Source of the DNA: Patescibacteria group bacterium UBA2196
Lineage (GTDB): Bacteria > Patescibacteriota > Patescibacteriia > UBA2196
Reading direction: 5' to 3'
DNA length: 61,583 bases
Assembly (NCBI GenBank): GCA_002328025.1
Contig: DCVE01000010.1
Span: forward strand, 1-61,583
Shown: one piece after another, positions 8,844-18,111 of the stretch
How the letters are laid out: each line of letters starts with the position of its first letter
How positions within the stretch are numbered: the first letter of the stretch is position 1
The notes under the pieces: generated by a model
What the model was told of the DNA's origin: nothing
Seen by the model: only the letters and a program-made list of their open reading frames with translations
Database searches by the model: none
Program-made: the position numbers and the translations under genes

Positions 8844-8916
8844 TGGACCCTACCGGGCTCGAACCGGTCACCTCTGCCTTGCAAAGGCAGCGCTCTACCA
8901 AATGAGCTAAGGGCCC
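8844..8916 (-). tRNA. tRNA-Ala(TGC)
   Basis: Hand-folded cloverleaf; anticodon loop TTTGCAA; G3:U70 identity pair; no encoded CCA. Confidence 0.9.
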
Positions 8917-8946
8917 ATAAAAATTTAATTTACTTTAACAAAACTA

Positions 8947-9198
8947 TTACTGTCCTTGGGTGCCCAAACGCGAAAAAATAGAAATAATTATTTCTTCTGC
9001 CCAACCCGTTACCACCATGGTGCCCACAATAATAACCACCAAGCCAAACAATTTATAAAAAGTTCGCGATCCGCCATATAAACGCATCTTATCTTCTGCC
9101 CAATCCACATAACCAAACATATCCAACATCTTTTGTGTTTTAATTACCATAAACGAACCAGCCACTAAACAAGCTAAAAAACCAATAAATTTTCCCAT
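8947..9198 (-). CDS. small membrane protein (2 TM)
   Basis: 83-aa ORF with two hydrophobic helices, between two tRNA genes. Confidence 0.4.
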   Translation of the reverse strand: MGKFIGFLACLVAGSFMVIKTQKMLDMFGYVDWAEDKMRLYGGSRTFYKLFGLVVIIVGTMVVTGWAEEIIISIFSRLGTQGQ

Positions 9199-9222
9199 AA
9201 ATTTTTGTTTTAAATTATTCTT

Positions 9223-9295
9223 TGGGCAGTATAGGACTCGAACCTATGACATCTTCGATGTAAACGAAGCGCTCTACCAACTGAGCTAACTGCCC
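9223..9295 (-). tRNA. tRNA-Val(TAC)
   Basis: Cloverleaf; anticodon loop TTTACAT; no CCA. Confidence 0.9.
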
Positions 9296-10140
9296 TAACT
9301 TAATTTCAAATCAGATTTAAGAATCTTTTCTACTTCCTTTAATATAATTTTATCTTCTTCTAAATATTTTTTATTTTTTATTAAATTATAAAATTCCCGC
9401 TGACCAAATTCAGAATATTTAATCATAACTCCAATAGATTTACTAAAACACAAAGCCGCTTTTTTATCCATATATTTTAACGACAACCTCGCGTGACTTA
9501 ATAAATTTAAAATTCTAGAAGTCGGTACCCAATAATTCAATAGTTCCGGAAATTTAATTGGACGGCCACAATAAATAAAGATTTCCTTTTCACCACCTAT
9601 TATCTTTTTTAAATATCTTCTATTACCATCAACAATCATTAGCTTACCATCAAAATCATAATAAGCAATAATTAAATAATCATCTCTTTGGAAGGTTTTA
9701 CCAGAATGCAACACAGTTTCCTTCCTTTCTTTTTCCAAAATATCTTTATTATTTTTATTAAATAAAAATTCTCTAACTTTTTTTCCACTTGGAAAATTAT
9801 CACTTAATTTAAATAAATTTTTAAAATCATTTTTTGCTCCCATATACAGATCGTCTACTAAAACTTTTTCTTTAGACCACTTGATATTCTGTGAAGTTAA
9901 TCTAATTGTTAAATTTTTTAATTTCAGGCCAAAACAGACTGCATCAAAAAAATTCCAAAAATCCTTAACCGGCGCGAATGTTTTATTTTTTAATAAATTT
10001 TTTGTTTCTTTATCTAATTTATTCCAAATTTTATGTTCTCTAATATTTGGAAAAATTTTTCTAAATTCGTGTTGAATAAACTCAATAGCTATCTGAACCC
10101 TGATTGGTTCTAATAAATGTTTATAATTAGCATTTTTCAT
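9295..10140 (-). CDS. hypothetical protein with possible ParB/Srx-like DGxxR motif
   Basis: 281-aa ORF; segment LMIVDGNRRYLKKI resembles the ParB/sulfiredoxin-fold DGxHR motif; otherwise unrecognised. Confidence 0.45.
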   Translation of the reverse strand: MKNANYKHLLEPIRVQIAIEFIQHEFRKIFPNIREHKIWNKLDKETKNLLKNKTFAPVKDFWNFFDAVCFGLKLKNLTIRLTSQNIKWSKEKVLVDDLYMGAKNDFKNLFKLSDNFPSGKKVREFLFNKNNKDILEKERKETVLHSGKTFQRDDYLIIAYYDFDGKLMIVDGNRRYLKKIIGGEKEIFIYCGRPIKFPELLNYWVPTSRILNLLSHARLSLKYMDKKAALCFSKSIGVMIKYSEFGQREFYNLIKNKKYLEEDKIILKEVEKILKSDLKLS

Positions 10141-10177
10141 AAAATTTAATACCTAGCTAACTGCCCATGAACAGTTA

Positions 10178-10852
10178 TTAATTATTTTTCAATTCTCTAA
10201 TTTTTTCTTGCCACCAAACATGCACAGCCTCGCGATGTTTTTTAGAACCAGCTTTTCTTAAGTATTCAATTCTTTCTAACAATATTTTTCTAAATATTTT
10301 GTACAGTTTTTCATCAGCTAATATTTTTAAACTTAAACCTAAATCATAGCTTTCTCTTTTTATTAAAAATTCTATTTCTCGATAACGATTAATAGATAAA
10401 TCAAAATCTAAGGAAATAATTTGGGTCTTATTTTTAACAATCTTTTCAGTTAAAACTTTTATTTTATTTTCTCTAGTCTTTTCCACAAAGATAAAAATAT
10501 TTTTATCAACTTTTATTTTCTCAATTATTTTATTAGCAAAAAGAATATTTTCTAAGGTTGATAAAGAACTGTTTTCCAATTTATATTGCCAACCTTTGGT
10601 ATATTTTTTGACAAAATCTCTTTGAGCAAACCAAAAAAATAATTTTTTCATTTCCGCAGCCTCAGTTCTTTTGTAAGGCTTAAAAACATCTGTCTTGCCG
10701 CCACAAAAAATTATGACTGGTTTGTTTTCTTTCTTGTCCAAACAAATTTGGTAGACACAATTAAACACCAAACCCAAATATCTCCTATAAGGCTCATCTT
10801 TTAAAATATCTTTAGGAATACCATAGCCGGGCACAATAAATATATTTTTCAT
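10178..10852 (-). CDS. DUF218 / YdcF-like protein
   Basis: IFIVPGYG..PVIIFCGGKT pattern; start moved to the internal ATG at 10852 because the longer ORF overlaps tRNA-Leu. Confidence 0.5.
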   Translation of the reverse strand: MKNIFIVPGYGIPKDILKDEPYRRYLGLVFNCVYQICLDKKENKPVIIFCGGKTDVFKPYKRTEAAEMKKLFFWFAQRDFVKKYTKGWQYKLENSSLSTLENILFANKIIEKIKVDKNIFIFVEKTRENKIKVLTEKIVKNKTQIISLDFDLSINRYREIEFLIKRESYDLGLSLKILADEKLYKIFRKILLERIEYLRKAGSKKHREAVHVWWQEKIRELKNN

Positions 10853-10864
10853 AAAAATTATCTT

Positions 10865-10949
10865 TGCGGACGAGAGGAATTGAACCTCCACGGCCTTGCG
10901 GCCACCAGCACCTCAAGCTGGCCTGTCTACCAGGTTTCAGCACGTCCGC
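10865..10949 (-). tRNA. tRNA-Leu(GAG)
   Basis: Long variable arm; anticodon loop TTGAGGT; no CCA. Confidence 0.9.
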
Positions 10950-10956
10950 ATTATTA

Positions 10957-11595
10957 TTATTTATCTTGTACCAAAGCTTTCATAATTTTTTTATATTTTC
11001 TTTCCAAACAAATCAAATCTCTATCTTGATAAAACTTATTAATAATTTTTTGTGATTCTTTTTTGGCAAATCTTATATGAAATATTCCACCACTTCTATT
11101 AAAATGACCAGCAATTTTTAAAAGTTTATTAATTCTTTTGTGCAACCAAATTATATGATTTTGACTGGCTGAAGCGAAGTCTAAATAGTACATAAAGCTA
11201 CTTTTCCATCTTGGATCCCAGTAGCTATAAAAGCAACCATCACCATCAAAGTGCCCGCGTAGAAAATCAAAAAAATATTTATCAGGAATTTTTAATGCGT
11301 TTATTGTCTTTGTTTTATTAGGTGTAATACCAATCTTGACCAACCAGCGATAAAAAATTATATCTCCAATCTGTAAAGTATAACAATTTTTTCTCTTTGT
11401 ATAAGTACTAAATTTTGAACCGATGATAATAGTGAGACCAAAATTTTTTCTGATTGCTTCAAGTAAACCTTTGTCTTTTGATACTAAAACTATATGTCGT
11501 CCATCTTTTGATAGACTACCATCAGTTGTTATAAGACCCACCAAATAAGCAATATTTCCTGACCACCCAGGTTTAATTCTATTAATTGGCTTCAT
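10957..11595 (-). CDS. LAGLIDADG family homing endonuclease (double-motif, free-standing)
   Basis: Two motifs: YLVGLITTDGS and FLRGHFDGDGC; own TTGATT-16-TATAAT promoter upstream; 7 nt from tRNA-Leu(GAG). Confidence 0.8.
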   Translation of the reverse strand: MKPINRIKPGWSGNIAYLVGLITTDGSLSKDGRHIVLVSKDKGLLEAIRKNFGLTIIIGSKFSTYTKRKNCYTLQIGDIIFYRWLVKIGITPNKTKTINALKIPDKYFFDFLRGHFDGDGCFYSYWDPRWKSSFMYYLDFASASQNHIIWLHKRINKLLKIAGHFNRSGGIFHIRFAKKESQKIINKFYQDRDLICLERKYKKIMKALVQDK

Positions 11596-11659
11596 AAAAT
11601 AAAAACGATCCTTTAAAATCGTCTTTATTATAGCAAAATAACTTAAAAAATCAAATTAA

Positions 11660-11989
11660 TTAAATCTTTTTCTCTTTCATCTTTTTACCGTAAGAACGCA
11701 GATAATACAACTTAGCGCGTCGCACCTGCGCTTGCTTTGTTGGCACAATTTTTTCTATCAATGGGGAATTCAAAGGAAAAATTTTCTCCACCCCCACACC
11801 ATTAGAAATTTTTCGTATAGTTACAGTACCCGAAGCTGTGTGCGGACTACGTAATGCAATCACCATACCTTCAAAAACCTGGATTCTATCTTTTTCCTTA
11901 CCTTTGGTGTCAAGCTCTTTAATCTTTTCATAAACCTTAACGGTCATACCGGGTTTAATTTCAGTTTTAATTTGTGCTATGTCTGCCAT
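11660..11989 (-). CDS. rplS: 50S ribosomal protein L19
   Basis: KPGMTVKVYEKI..RIQVFEGMVIA..TIRKIS.GVGVEKIFPL.SP; start at internal ATG MADIAQ. Confidence 0.85.
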   Translation of the reverse strand: MADIAQIKTEIKPGMTVKVYEKIKELDTKGKEKDRIQVFEGMVIALRSPHTASGTVTIRKISNGVGVEKIFPLNSPLIEKIVPTKQAQVRRAKLYYLRSYGKKMKEKKI

Positions 11990-12052
11990 ATATTTGCTTA
12001 TTTTTATTAATTTATTTATTCCCATCTTAACACTCTTTATAAAATTCGTCAA

Positions 12053-13009
12053 CTATTTTAATGCCTTTAAAAACTTGGCCAGCTCACTGGGTATTTTAAG
12101 CTTAAATTCTTGCCATTGATTGCTTAAATCAAAAAAACCCAGTTCCTCCGCAAACAAAAACAAACGACCCAAATTGTCTTTCTTTTTCTTTTTCTTAACA
12201 TCTTTAGTTTGATAGAGCTCATCGCCCACAATAGAATGCCCAACGCTTTTCAAATGAGCACGAATTTGGTGTGTACGCCCCGTATGTAAATTAATTTCCA
12301 ACAACGTATAATGCATAAATTTTTTTAACACTTTAAATTCAGTTAAAGCTTCTTTGGCTGCATTGTCTTTTTCTTTGGTTGTTGTTTTCATCACACCAGC
12401 CCGGCCTTTTACTAGAGCTGTATTAATAACACCCCCATCTTGACTCATGTGACCATTCACCAGTGCCCAATAAATCTTTTTTATTTTTCTGGTTTTAAAT
12501 TGTTCTTTGATGTGATTAAAAAACTTATTATTAAGCGCCGCTACCATCAATCCAGAAACATCGCGATCCAAACGATGCACAATGCCAGGTCTGGGGATAT
12601 CTGTAAAAACATTTTGTTCCTGTTGCGGATAATCATCCACCACTTTTTTAATTTGTGGGTATTTTTTTACCAACCAATCCACCAATGTTTTTTCTTTTAA
12701 GCCCGGTGCGCCGTGTACCAAAAGCCCCGCTGGCTTATTGATAACCAAATAATCTTTGGTTTCTTTAAGAGCTCTTATTTTTAAACCGCCTTTTTGTTTG
12801 GTTATCTGTTTTTCAGGCTTAATTTTTTTAAACTCTATTTTATCATTTTCTCTCAAAAAACAGTGCACAGTTGTATTTTCCCTGTTAATTTTAAACTCGC
12901 CATTTTTTATCATCTTTTGAATTTGCGAACGCGAAAATTTTGGCATTTTAACTGTCAAAAATTTATCCAATCGCTCTTTAGCATGCTCGGCTGTAATAAT
13001 GTATTTCAT
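12053..13009 (-). CDS. RluA-family 23S rRNA pseudouridine synthase (RluD-like) with S4 domain
   Basis: Catalytic motif HRLDRDVSGL, RTHQIRAHL, N-terminal S4-like RLDKFL. Confidence 0.85.
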   Translation of the reverse strand: MKYIITAEHAKERLDKFLTVKMPKFSRSQIQKMIKNGEFKINRENTTVHCFLRENDKIEFKKIKPEKQITKQKGGLKIRALKETKDYLVINKPAGLLVHGAPGLKEKTLVDWLVKKYPQIKKVVDDYPQQEQNVFTDIPRPGIVHRLDRDVSGLMVAALNNKFFNHIKEQFKTRKIKKIYWALVNGHMSQDGGVINTALVKGRAGVMKTTTKEKDNAAKEALTEFKVLKKFMHYTLLEINLHTGRTHQIRAHLKSVGHSIVGDELYQTKDVKKKKKKDNLGRLFLFAEELGFFDLSNQWQEFKLKIPSELAKFLKALK

Positions 13010-13028
13010 AATTTTATATCACCATCAT

Positions 13029-13080
13029 CTCCCCCTTATTAAGGGGGAGCCGGACCGACTACTGTCGGCCCGGAGGGGGT
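13029..13080. repeat. GC-rich double hairpin element (C5/G5 runs)
   Basis: CTCCCCC-TTATTAA-GGGGGAG then CCGGACCGAC-TACT-GTCGGCCCGG then AGGGGGT; related to 4885..4920. Confidence 0.4.
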
Positions 13081-13099
13081 AAACTCTTCATTAAATATT

Positions 13100-14731
13100 T
13101 TAAACCAAATTTAAAACAAACCTTAACGCCTCTTTTTTATTTTTCACTCGACCAGTTAATTGCGCTTCGCGTAAAATTTCCAAAACCTCGCCTACGCGCT
13201 TGCCAGCTGAAATTTTTAAAATTTGCATAATTTCTTGACCACCCAAAAAAGGCTTGGGTTTAATTTTTCTTTGTCCAGCCAATTTTTGAATAGCCCGAAT
13301 TCTTTCTATTGCAATTAAAAAACCTTCCATCGAAATCCATTTATCCAAATCTTTTTTAACAATTGGCTTGTGTCTGCCTGCGGGCACTGTCGCCACCGCG
13401 TCAATAAAAGCCAGTTTTAAAAGATTTTCGCCTGGATAAAAATCTGACAAAAAATATTTTTCAATTTTTACTGGTCTCATTTGATCAATTTTACCATGTA
13501 CCAACATCATGTGTTTGGCCACCAACCAATTAACCATTTCGGCTTTTGCCCCAATTTTATCTGGCGCCGAAAATTTTAAACGCTCACATATACCCTGTGC
13601 CACCTTGCCGCCTATTACATCATGATCGTAGTATTGTATTTTTTTAACTCCATCCTTTTCCGGTGTTTTCATAACAATTGGCTTAGCAATATCGTGCAAC
13701 AAAACTGCCAAAATTAGTTCGCTATCATATTTATTTATTTCCTGCGCATCTGCATTTTTTGTAATTGATTTTTTAAATTGATTATTAAAAAGTTTTGAAT
13801 CCAAGTATTCTAGACACAAACGTGTATGTTTCCACACATCACCCTCCGAATGATAATTAGTCGGCTGTTGGCAGCCTTTCATAACCAAAACTTCTGGCAT
13901 TAAATTCTTAAAAATACCAAACTCATCACACAAATCAAAAGCTTTAACCGGCGAAGCTAAAAAAGTTTTTAAAATTTCTTTAGCCACTGTTTCACGCGGC
14001 ACAACATATTCGTTAGGGTTATTCTTTTTCTTATCATTCAAGTGCTTAATCATTTTTTTGTTTGCTGCAGCTGTTTGGTCTTCTATACAAAAATCAAGTT
14101 GGCAAGCAAAACGAACAGCTCGCAACAAACGTGAATAATCCTCTCTAAAACGTTGCTCTGGCTTACCGACAGTGCGAATAATTTTTTTATTTAAATCATC
14201 AAGTCCAAAAAACTCATCCACTAACTTGAATTTGCCACTAATCCTATCAACCCTGACCGCCAAAGCATTAATGGTAAAATCACGTCTTTTTAAATCCTCA
14301 ACTAATGCTAATTTATAATCGGATTGAATTTTAAAATCATGATAACCGCCAGACATGCTAATTGAATATTCGGTCCGTGGTAAAGCAATATCCAATGCAT
14401 CAAGTTTTTCGCCGTCTTTTTTAATATTTTTCGGTATAAATTTAAAAACACCAAATCCCTTGCCCACCAAATCCACCCAGCCCAATTGGCTTAAAAAATT
14501 CTGCAGCTGCTTGGCCGGCAATCCGCGTACCACAAAATCATAATCCTTAGTTTTTCGATTCAACAAAGCGTCACGGACAGCGCCGCCAACCAAATAAACT
14601 TCTGCTTTGGGATATTTCTTTTCTAATTTTTTCACCCATTCCAAAACACCGAGTTTTTTGGCCCCGACTATAAAAGCACTTATTCGTTTTTGTTGCTGTT
14701 GATTTAATTCCATGTAGCCATAGCTTATCAT
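13100..14731 (-). CDS. cca: CCA-adding tRNA nucleotidyltransferase with HD domain
   Basis: GGAVRD, RRDFTINA head-domain motifs; HD motif LLHDIAKP; true start may be the ATG at 14713. Confidence 0.85.
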   Translation of the reverse strand: MISYGYMELNQQQQKRISAFIVGAKKLGVLEWVKKLEKKYPKAEVYLVGGAVRDALLNRKTKDYDFVVRGLPAKQLQNFLSQLGWVDLVGKGFGVFKFIPKNIKKDGEKLDALDIALPRTEYSISMSGGYHDFKIQSDYKLALVEDLKRRDFTINALAVRVDRISGKFKLVDEFFGLDDLNKKIIRTVGKPEQRFREDYSRLLRAVRFACQLDFCIEDQTAAANKKMIKHLNDKKKNNPNEYVVPRETVAKEILKTFLASPVKAFDLCDEFGIFKNLMPEVLVMKGCQQPTNYHSEGDVWKHTRLCLEYLDSKLFNNQFKKSITKNADAQEINKYDSELILAVLLHDIAKPIVMKTPEKDGVKKIQYYDHDVIGGKVAQGICERLKFSAPDKIGAKAEMVNWLVAKHMMLVHGKIDQMRPVKIEKYFLSDFYPGENLLKLAFIDAVATVPAGRHKPIVKKDLDKWISMEGFLIAIERIRAIQKLAGQRKIKPKPFLGGQEIMQILKISAGKRVGEVLEILREAQLTGRVKNKKEALRFVLNLV

Positions 14732-14765
14732 GTTTGGGTCTTTTTTTCAATATTTTTTTAATCAT

Positions 14766-14794
14766 AAAATCCTCACATTTTTGCGAGGATTTTA
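14766..14794. terminator. bidirectional hairpin terminator
   Basis: AAAATCCTCacatttttgcGAGGATTTT. Confidence 0.55.
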
Positions 14795-14808
14795 TGGTAA
14801 GCAATACT

Positions 14809-14880
14809 GGACTTGCCCGCCAGAGGCGGATCCGCTCACACTATAAGTGCTGAGCGGAAACCTTACGTTTATCTAAAAAT
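14809..14880 (-). other. tRNA-Val-derived fragment / small structured element
   Basis: 15 nt GCAATACTGGACTTG identical to the 3' part of tRNA-Val(GAC) at 14899..14913; adjacent 8-bp hairpin TCCGCTCA..TGAGCGGA and CCGCC..GGCGG hairpin; does not fold as a full cloverleaf. Confidence 0.35.
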
Positions 14881-14895
14881 AAAATTATATAAAAA

Positions 14896-14969
14896 TGGGC
14901 AATACTGGACTTGAACCAGTGACCTCTACAATGTCAATGTAGCGCTCTAACCAGCTGAGCTAATTGCCC
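14896..14969 (-). tRNA. tRNA-Val(GAC)
   Basis: Cloverleaf; anticodon loop TTGACAT; no CCA. Confidence 0.9.
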
Positions 14970-15022
14970 CCATCTCCCTGCCAACTATATTATCAATTTA
15001 TAATTAAATATTCAAGCCAAAA

Positions 15023-15095
15023 TGCGCCTGGATGGAATTGAACCATCGACATCCGTCTTATAAGGGCGGCGCTCTAACCACTGAGCTACAGGCGC
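15023..15095 (-). tRNA. tRNA-Ile(TAT)
   Basis: Ile-type body (GTAGCTCAGTGGTTAGAGCGC); anticodon loop CTTATAA gives anticodon UAU; one C30-A40 mismatch in anticodon stem; no CCA. Confidence 0.8.
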
Positions 15096-15226
15096 TTAAA
15101 ACAAAAATCTATTCAAATTATAACAGATTTTACTATTTTGTAAATAAAAAAATAGTCCTAAAACATTCTCTTAATTTTATATTTTTTAATTTGTCAAACA
15201 CTCTTTGCAATGCTAGAATTAAATTT

Positions 15227-16249
15227 ATGGAAGACACATCCAGAACAATTACTGACACCGAACAAAGCGAGGATAAAAACCTTGATATTTCTTTACGTCC
15301 TAAAAATTTAAACGAATTTATTGGCCAAGAAAAAATCAAACAAAGTTTGACAATTTTTATGCAAGCTGCCAAACAAAGAAACGAGGCTTTGGAGCACACC
15401 CTACTTTATGGCCCACCCGGCTTGGGCAAAACAACCCTATCACACATCATTGCAAAAGAAATGGGCGCCAATATCCGCATTACCTCTGGGCCAGCCATTG
15501 AACGCGCTGGTGATCTGGCCGCCATTTTAACCAATCTAGAAGCTGGCGATGTTTTGTTTATTGATGAAATCCACCGCCTAAATCGTTTAGTTGAAGAAGT
15601 ACTCTATCCAGCCATGGAAGATTATGCTCTTGATATTGTAATCGGCAAGGGTCCCTCAGCCAGAACTCTCCGCATTGATTTACCTAAATTTACCCTCATT
15701 GGTGCCACCACTCGCCTTAGCCTGCTCTCATCGCCATTACGCGACCGCTTTGGTTCCACCTACCGTATTGATTATTATGAAAATGATGAAATAGAAAAAA
15801 TAATTAACCGTTCAGCGCAAATTTTAAATTGCGAAATAAACACTTCTGCCACAGGGCTCATTGCCAGTCGTGGCCGACGCACACCGCGTATTGCCAACCG
15901 CCTGTTAAAAAGAGTTCGTGACTACGCTCAAGTCAAAAGTGATGGCAAAATTACCGCCGATCTGTGTTCTAAAGCCCTAGAATTAATGCGTATTGACGAG
16001 TTGGGTTTGGATGATGTTGATCGCGCCCTACTCAGTGCAATTATTGAAAAATTCAACGGCGGTCCAGTCGGTCTCAATACTCTGGCCGCTGCCACCTCCG
16101 AAGAAATGTCCACCATTGAAGATATTTACGAACCATACCTAATGCAAATGGGTTTTCTTTCGCGCACCCCTCGTGGTCGCGTAGCCACCGACTTAGGCTA
16201 TCGCCATTTAGGCAAAACTCCACCCATAAAACAAGAAAAAATATTTTAA
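15227..16249 (+). CDS. ruvB: Holliday junction branch migration helicase RuvB
   Basis: LRP..L.EFIGQEK, Walker [16 protein letters not shown]; start moved to ATG 15227 (longer ORF overlaps tRNA-Ile). Confidence 0.9.
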   Translation: MEDTSRTITDTEQSEDKNLDISLRPKNLNEFIGQEKIKQSLTIFMQAAKQRNEALEHTLLYGPPGLGKTTLSHIIAKEMGANIRITSGPAIERAGDLAAILTNLEAGDVLFIDEIHRLNRLVEEVLYPAMEDYALDIVIGKGPSARTLRIDLPKFTLIGATTRLSLLSSPLRDRFGSTYRIDYYENDEIEKIINRSAQILNCEINTSATGLIASRGRRTPRIANRLLKRVRDYAQVKSDGKITADLCSKALELMRIDELGLDDVDRALLSAIIEKFNGGPVGLNTLAAATSEEMSTIEDIYEPYLMQMGFLSRTPRGRVATDLGYRHLGKTPPIKQEKIF

Positions 16250-16261
16250 ATTTTAAATACC

Positions 16262-16480
16262 ATGAACATCTCGCTTTATATCGTTCTAATTATCTATCTT
16301 CTGGTCATGCTCATGTTTTTAGTTTTCAGCACCTTTAATTTTTATCATCTCTGGCGCTTTGGTCTAGATGAGGGCACTAACTATTTCATGTTGGGATTGT
16401 ATTTTATACTTCTAATTGTTGTTATTACCGCTTCTTGGCACTATGCCAGTTCGGTGGATTGGTCACAACCACTTTTATAA
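16262..16480 (+). CDS. small membrane protein (2 TM)
   Basis: 72-aa hydrophobic ORF. Confidence 0.4.
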   Translation: MNISLYIVLIIYLLVMLMFLVFSTFNFYHLWRFGLDEGTNYFMLGLYFILLIVVITASWHYASSVDWSQPLL

Positions 16481-16495
16481 ATTAATTAATTTTAT

Positions 16496-17089
16496 ATGCC
16501 CTACAAAACTCTTTTTCCAGGTCAACAACCCAATGAAAAAATTATCTTAATTTTAAGAAAACATGGTTGGGTTTTTTTCAAAATTATTCTTTTTTACACC
16601 ATACTCTCACTTTTGCCTTGGTTGGCACGCTACCTAATGCAACAATATACCAATCTTTTGTCTGGCGGCACACTGACTGTTATCCTTAACCTTTTAACCA
16701 GCGTTTATTATATTTATATTCTAACCTTCTTTTTCCGTGCTTGGATTGATTATTATTTTGATGTAGGTATCATCACTAGTGAGCGTATTGTTGATATTGA
16801 ACAAAACGGTCTTTTTTCCCGCAACATCTCTGCCCTACGTCTATACCGCGTCCAAGATGTCGCCTCACAGGTACATGGTTTTTTACCCACCTTCTTACAC
16901 TACGGCACTGTTTCTGTGCAAACAGCTGGTTCGGTGCCTCGTTTTATTTTTGATGAAATTTCTAATCCTTATGAAACCAGTAAAAAAATACTGGAACTGG
17001 TACAAGAAAAAAAACACAAAATGCTTGCCATGGGCATCAATCCAGATTTAGAAGAAGAGGATGAAGACACCAACACCACAAACACATGA
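16496..17089 (+). CDS. membrane protein with YdbS/YdbT-like bacterial PH domain
   Basis: Two N-terminal TM helices then SERIVDIEQNGLFSRNISALRLYRVQDV.. pattern. Confidence 0.4.
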   Translation: MPYKTLFPGQQPNEKIILILRKHGWVFFKIILFYTILSLLPWLARYLMQQYTNLLSGGTLTVILNLLTSVYYIYILTFFFRAWIDYYFDVGIITSERIVDIEQNGLFSRNISALRLYRVQDVASQVHGFLPTFLHYGTVSVQTAGSVPRFIFDEISNPYETSKKILELVQEKKHKMLAMGINPDLEEEDEDTNTTNT

Positions 17090-18111
17090 AGTTGTCTTCT
17101 TTTGATTACAATTTACCCAAAGAATTAATTGCCCAAAAACCAGCCACCCCGCGTGACCATTCGCGCTTATTAATTTATAACCGTCACAATCAAAACACTC
17201 GGTCTGATTTTTTTTATAATTTACCCAATTATCTTGGGCCAAATGACGTTCTGGTTTTTAATAATACCAAAGTTATTCCGGCACGCCTCATCTTAACCAA
17301 ACCCACTGGCGGTAAAATAGAATTATTTTTATTAAAACCCTTTAATAAAAATATTTGGCACTGTTTAACTAAAGGCAAAACAACAAACAACACAACCCTC
17401 GCTCTCGCCAATCATGGCCCAGTTGGAAAAATTATAAAAAAATTCGCCAATGGCCAATGTTTATTTCGCTTTATTTTAACCAATAAAAAACTAGCTCTTT
17501 TTTTAAATCGCCACGGTCAAACACCCTTGCCACCCTATATCAAAATCAAGGACACAAAAAAAACTAGACAGGCCTATCAAACTGTCTTTGCCAAAAAAGA
17601 AGGCTCTGTAGCAGCCCCCACAGCTGGATTACATTTTACTTCAAAATTATTAACTGCTTTAAAAAAAAGGGGAGTTAAAATAGAGTTTATAACACTGCAT
17701 GTCAGTCTGGGAACCTTTCAGCCAATTAAAACAGAACAAATCGAAAAACACAAACTACACGAGGAATGTTTAACTTTGGATAAAGCCACAGCCAGACGTT
17801 TAAATAAATATAAAAAAGAAGGCAAACGCATTATAGCAGTTGGGACAACCAGCTGTCGGGCGCTAGAGGCATTGAGTGACAAAAATGGTCGCCTAAAATC
17901 AGCGCATAAAGAAATAAATATTTTTATTTATCCAGGCTATAAATTTAAATTTATCAATGGATTAATAACTAATTTTCATTTGCCCAAATCTTCACTTTTA
18001 ATATTAGTCTCGGCATTGGCCGGAAGAAAATCTATTCTAAAAATTTATCGCGAAGCGATAAAAAACAGGTATCGCTTTTACAGTTTCGGTGATGCCATGT
18101 GGATAACTTAA
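17086..18111 (+). CDS. queA: S-adenosylmethionine:tRNA ribosyltransferase-isomerase
   Basis: FDYNLPKELIAQKPA.PRD.SRLL N-terminus, PLPPYI, AAPTAGLHFT motifs. Confidence 0.9.
   Translation: MKLSSFDYNLPKELIAQKPATPRDHSRLLIYNRHNQNTRSDFFYNLPNYLGPNDVLVFNNTKVIPARLILTKPTGGKIELFLLKPFNKNIWHCLTKGKTTNNTTLALANHGPVGKIIKKFANGQCLFRFILTNKKLALFLNRHGQTPLPPYIKIKDTKKTRQAYQTVFAKKEGSVAAPTAGLHFTSKLLTALKKRGVKIEFITLHVSLGTFQPIKTEQIEKHKLHEECLTLDKATARRLNKYKKEGKRIIAVGTTSCRALEALSDKNGRLKSAHKEINIFIYPGYKFKFINGLITNFHLPKSSLLILVSALAGRKSILKIYREAIKNRYRFYSFGDAMWIT

Noticed and set aside
10864-11055. 63-aa + strand ORF
   Set aside because: It runs antisense through tRNA-Leu(GAG) and the end of the LAGLIDADG gene, so it is spurious.
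15032-15226. N-terminal 65 codons of the ruvB ORF as given in the track
   Set aside because: They overlap tRNA-Ile(TAT) and an AT-rich promoter region. RuvB homology starts at the ATG at 15227.
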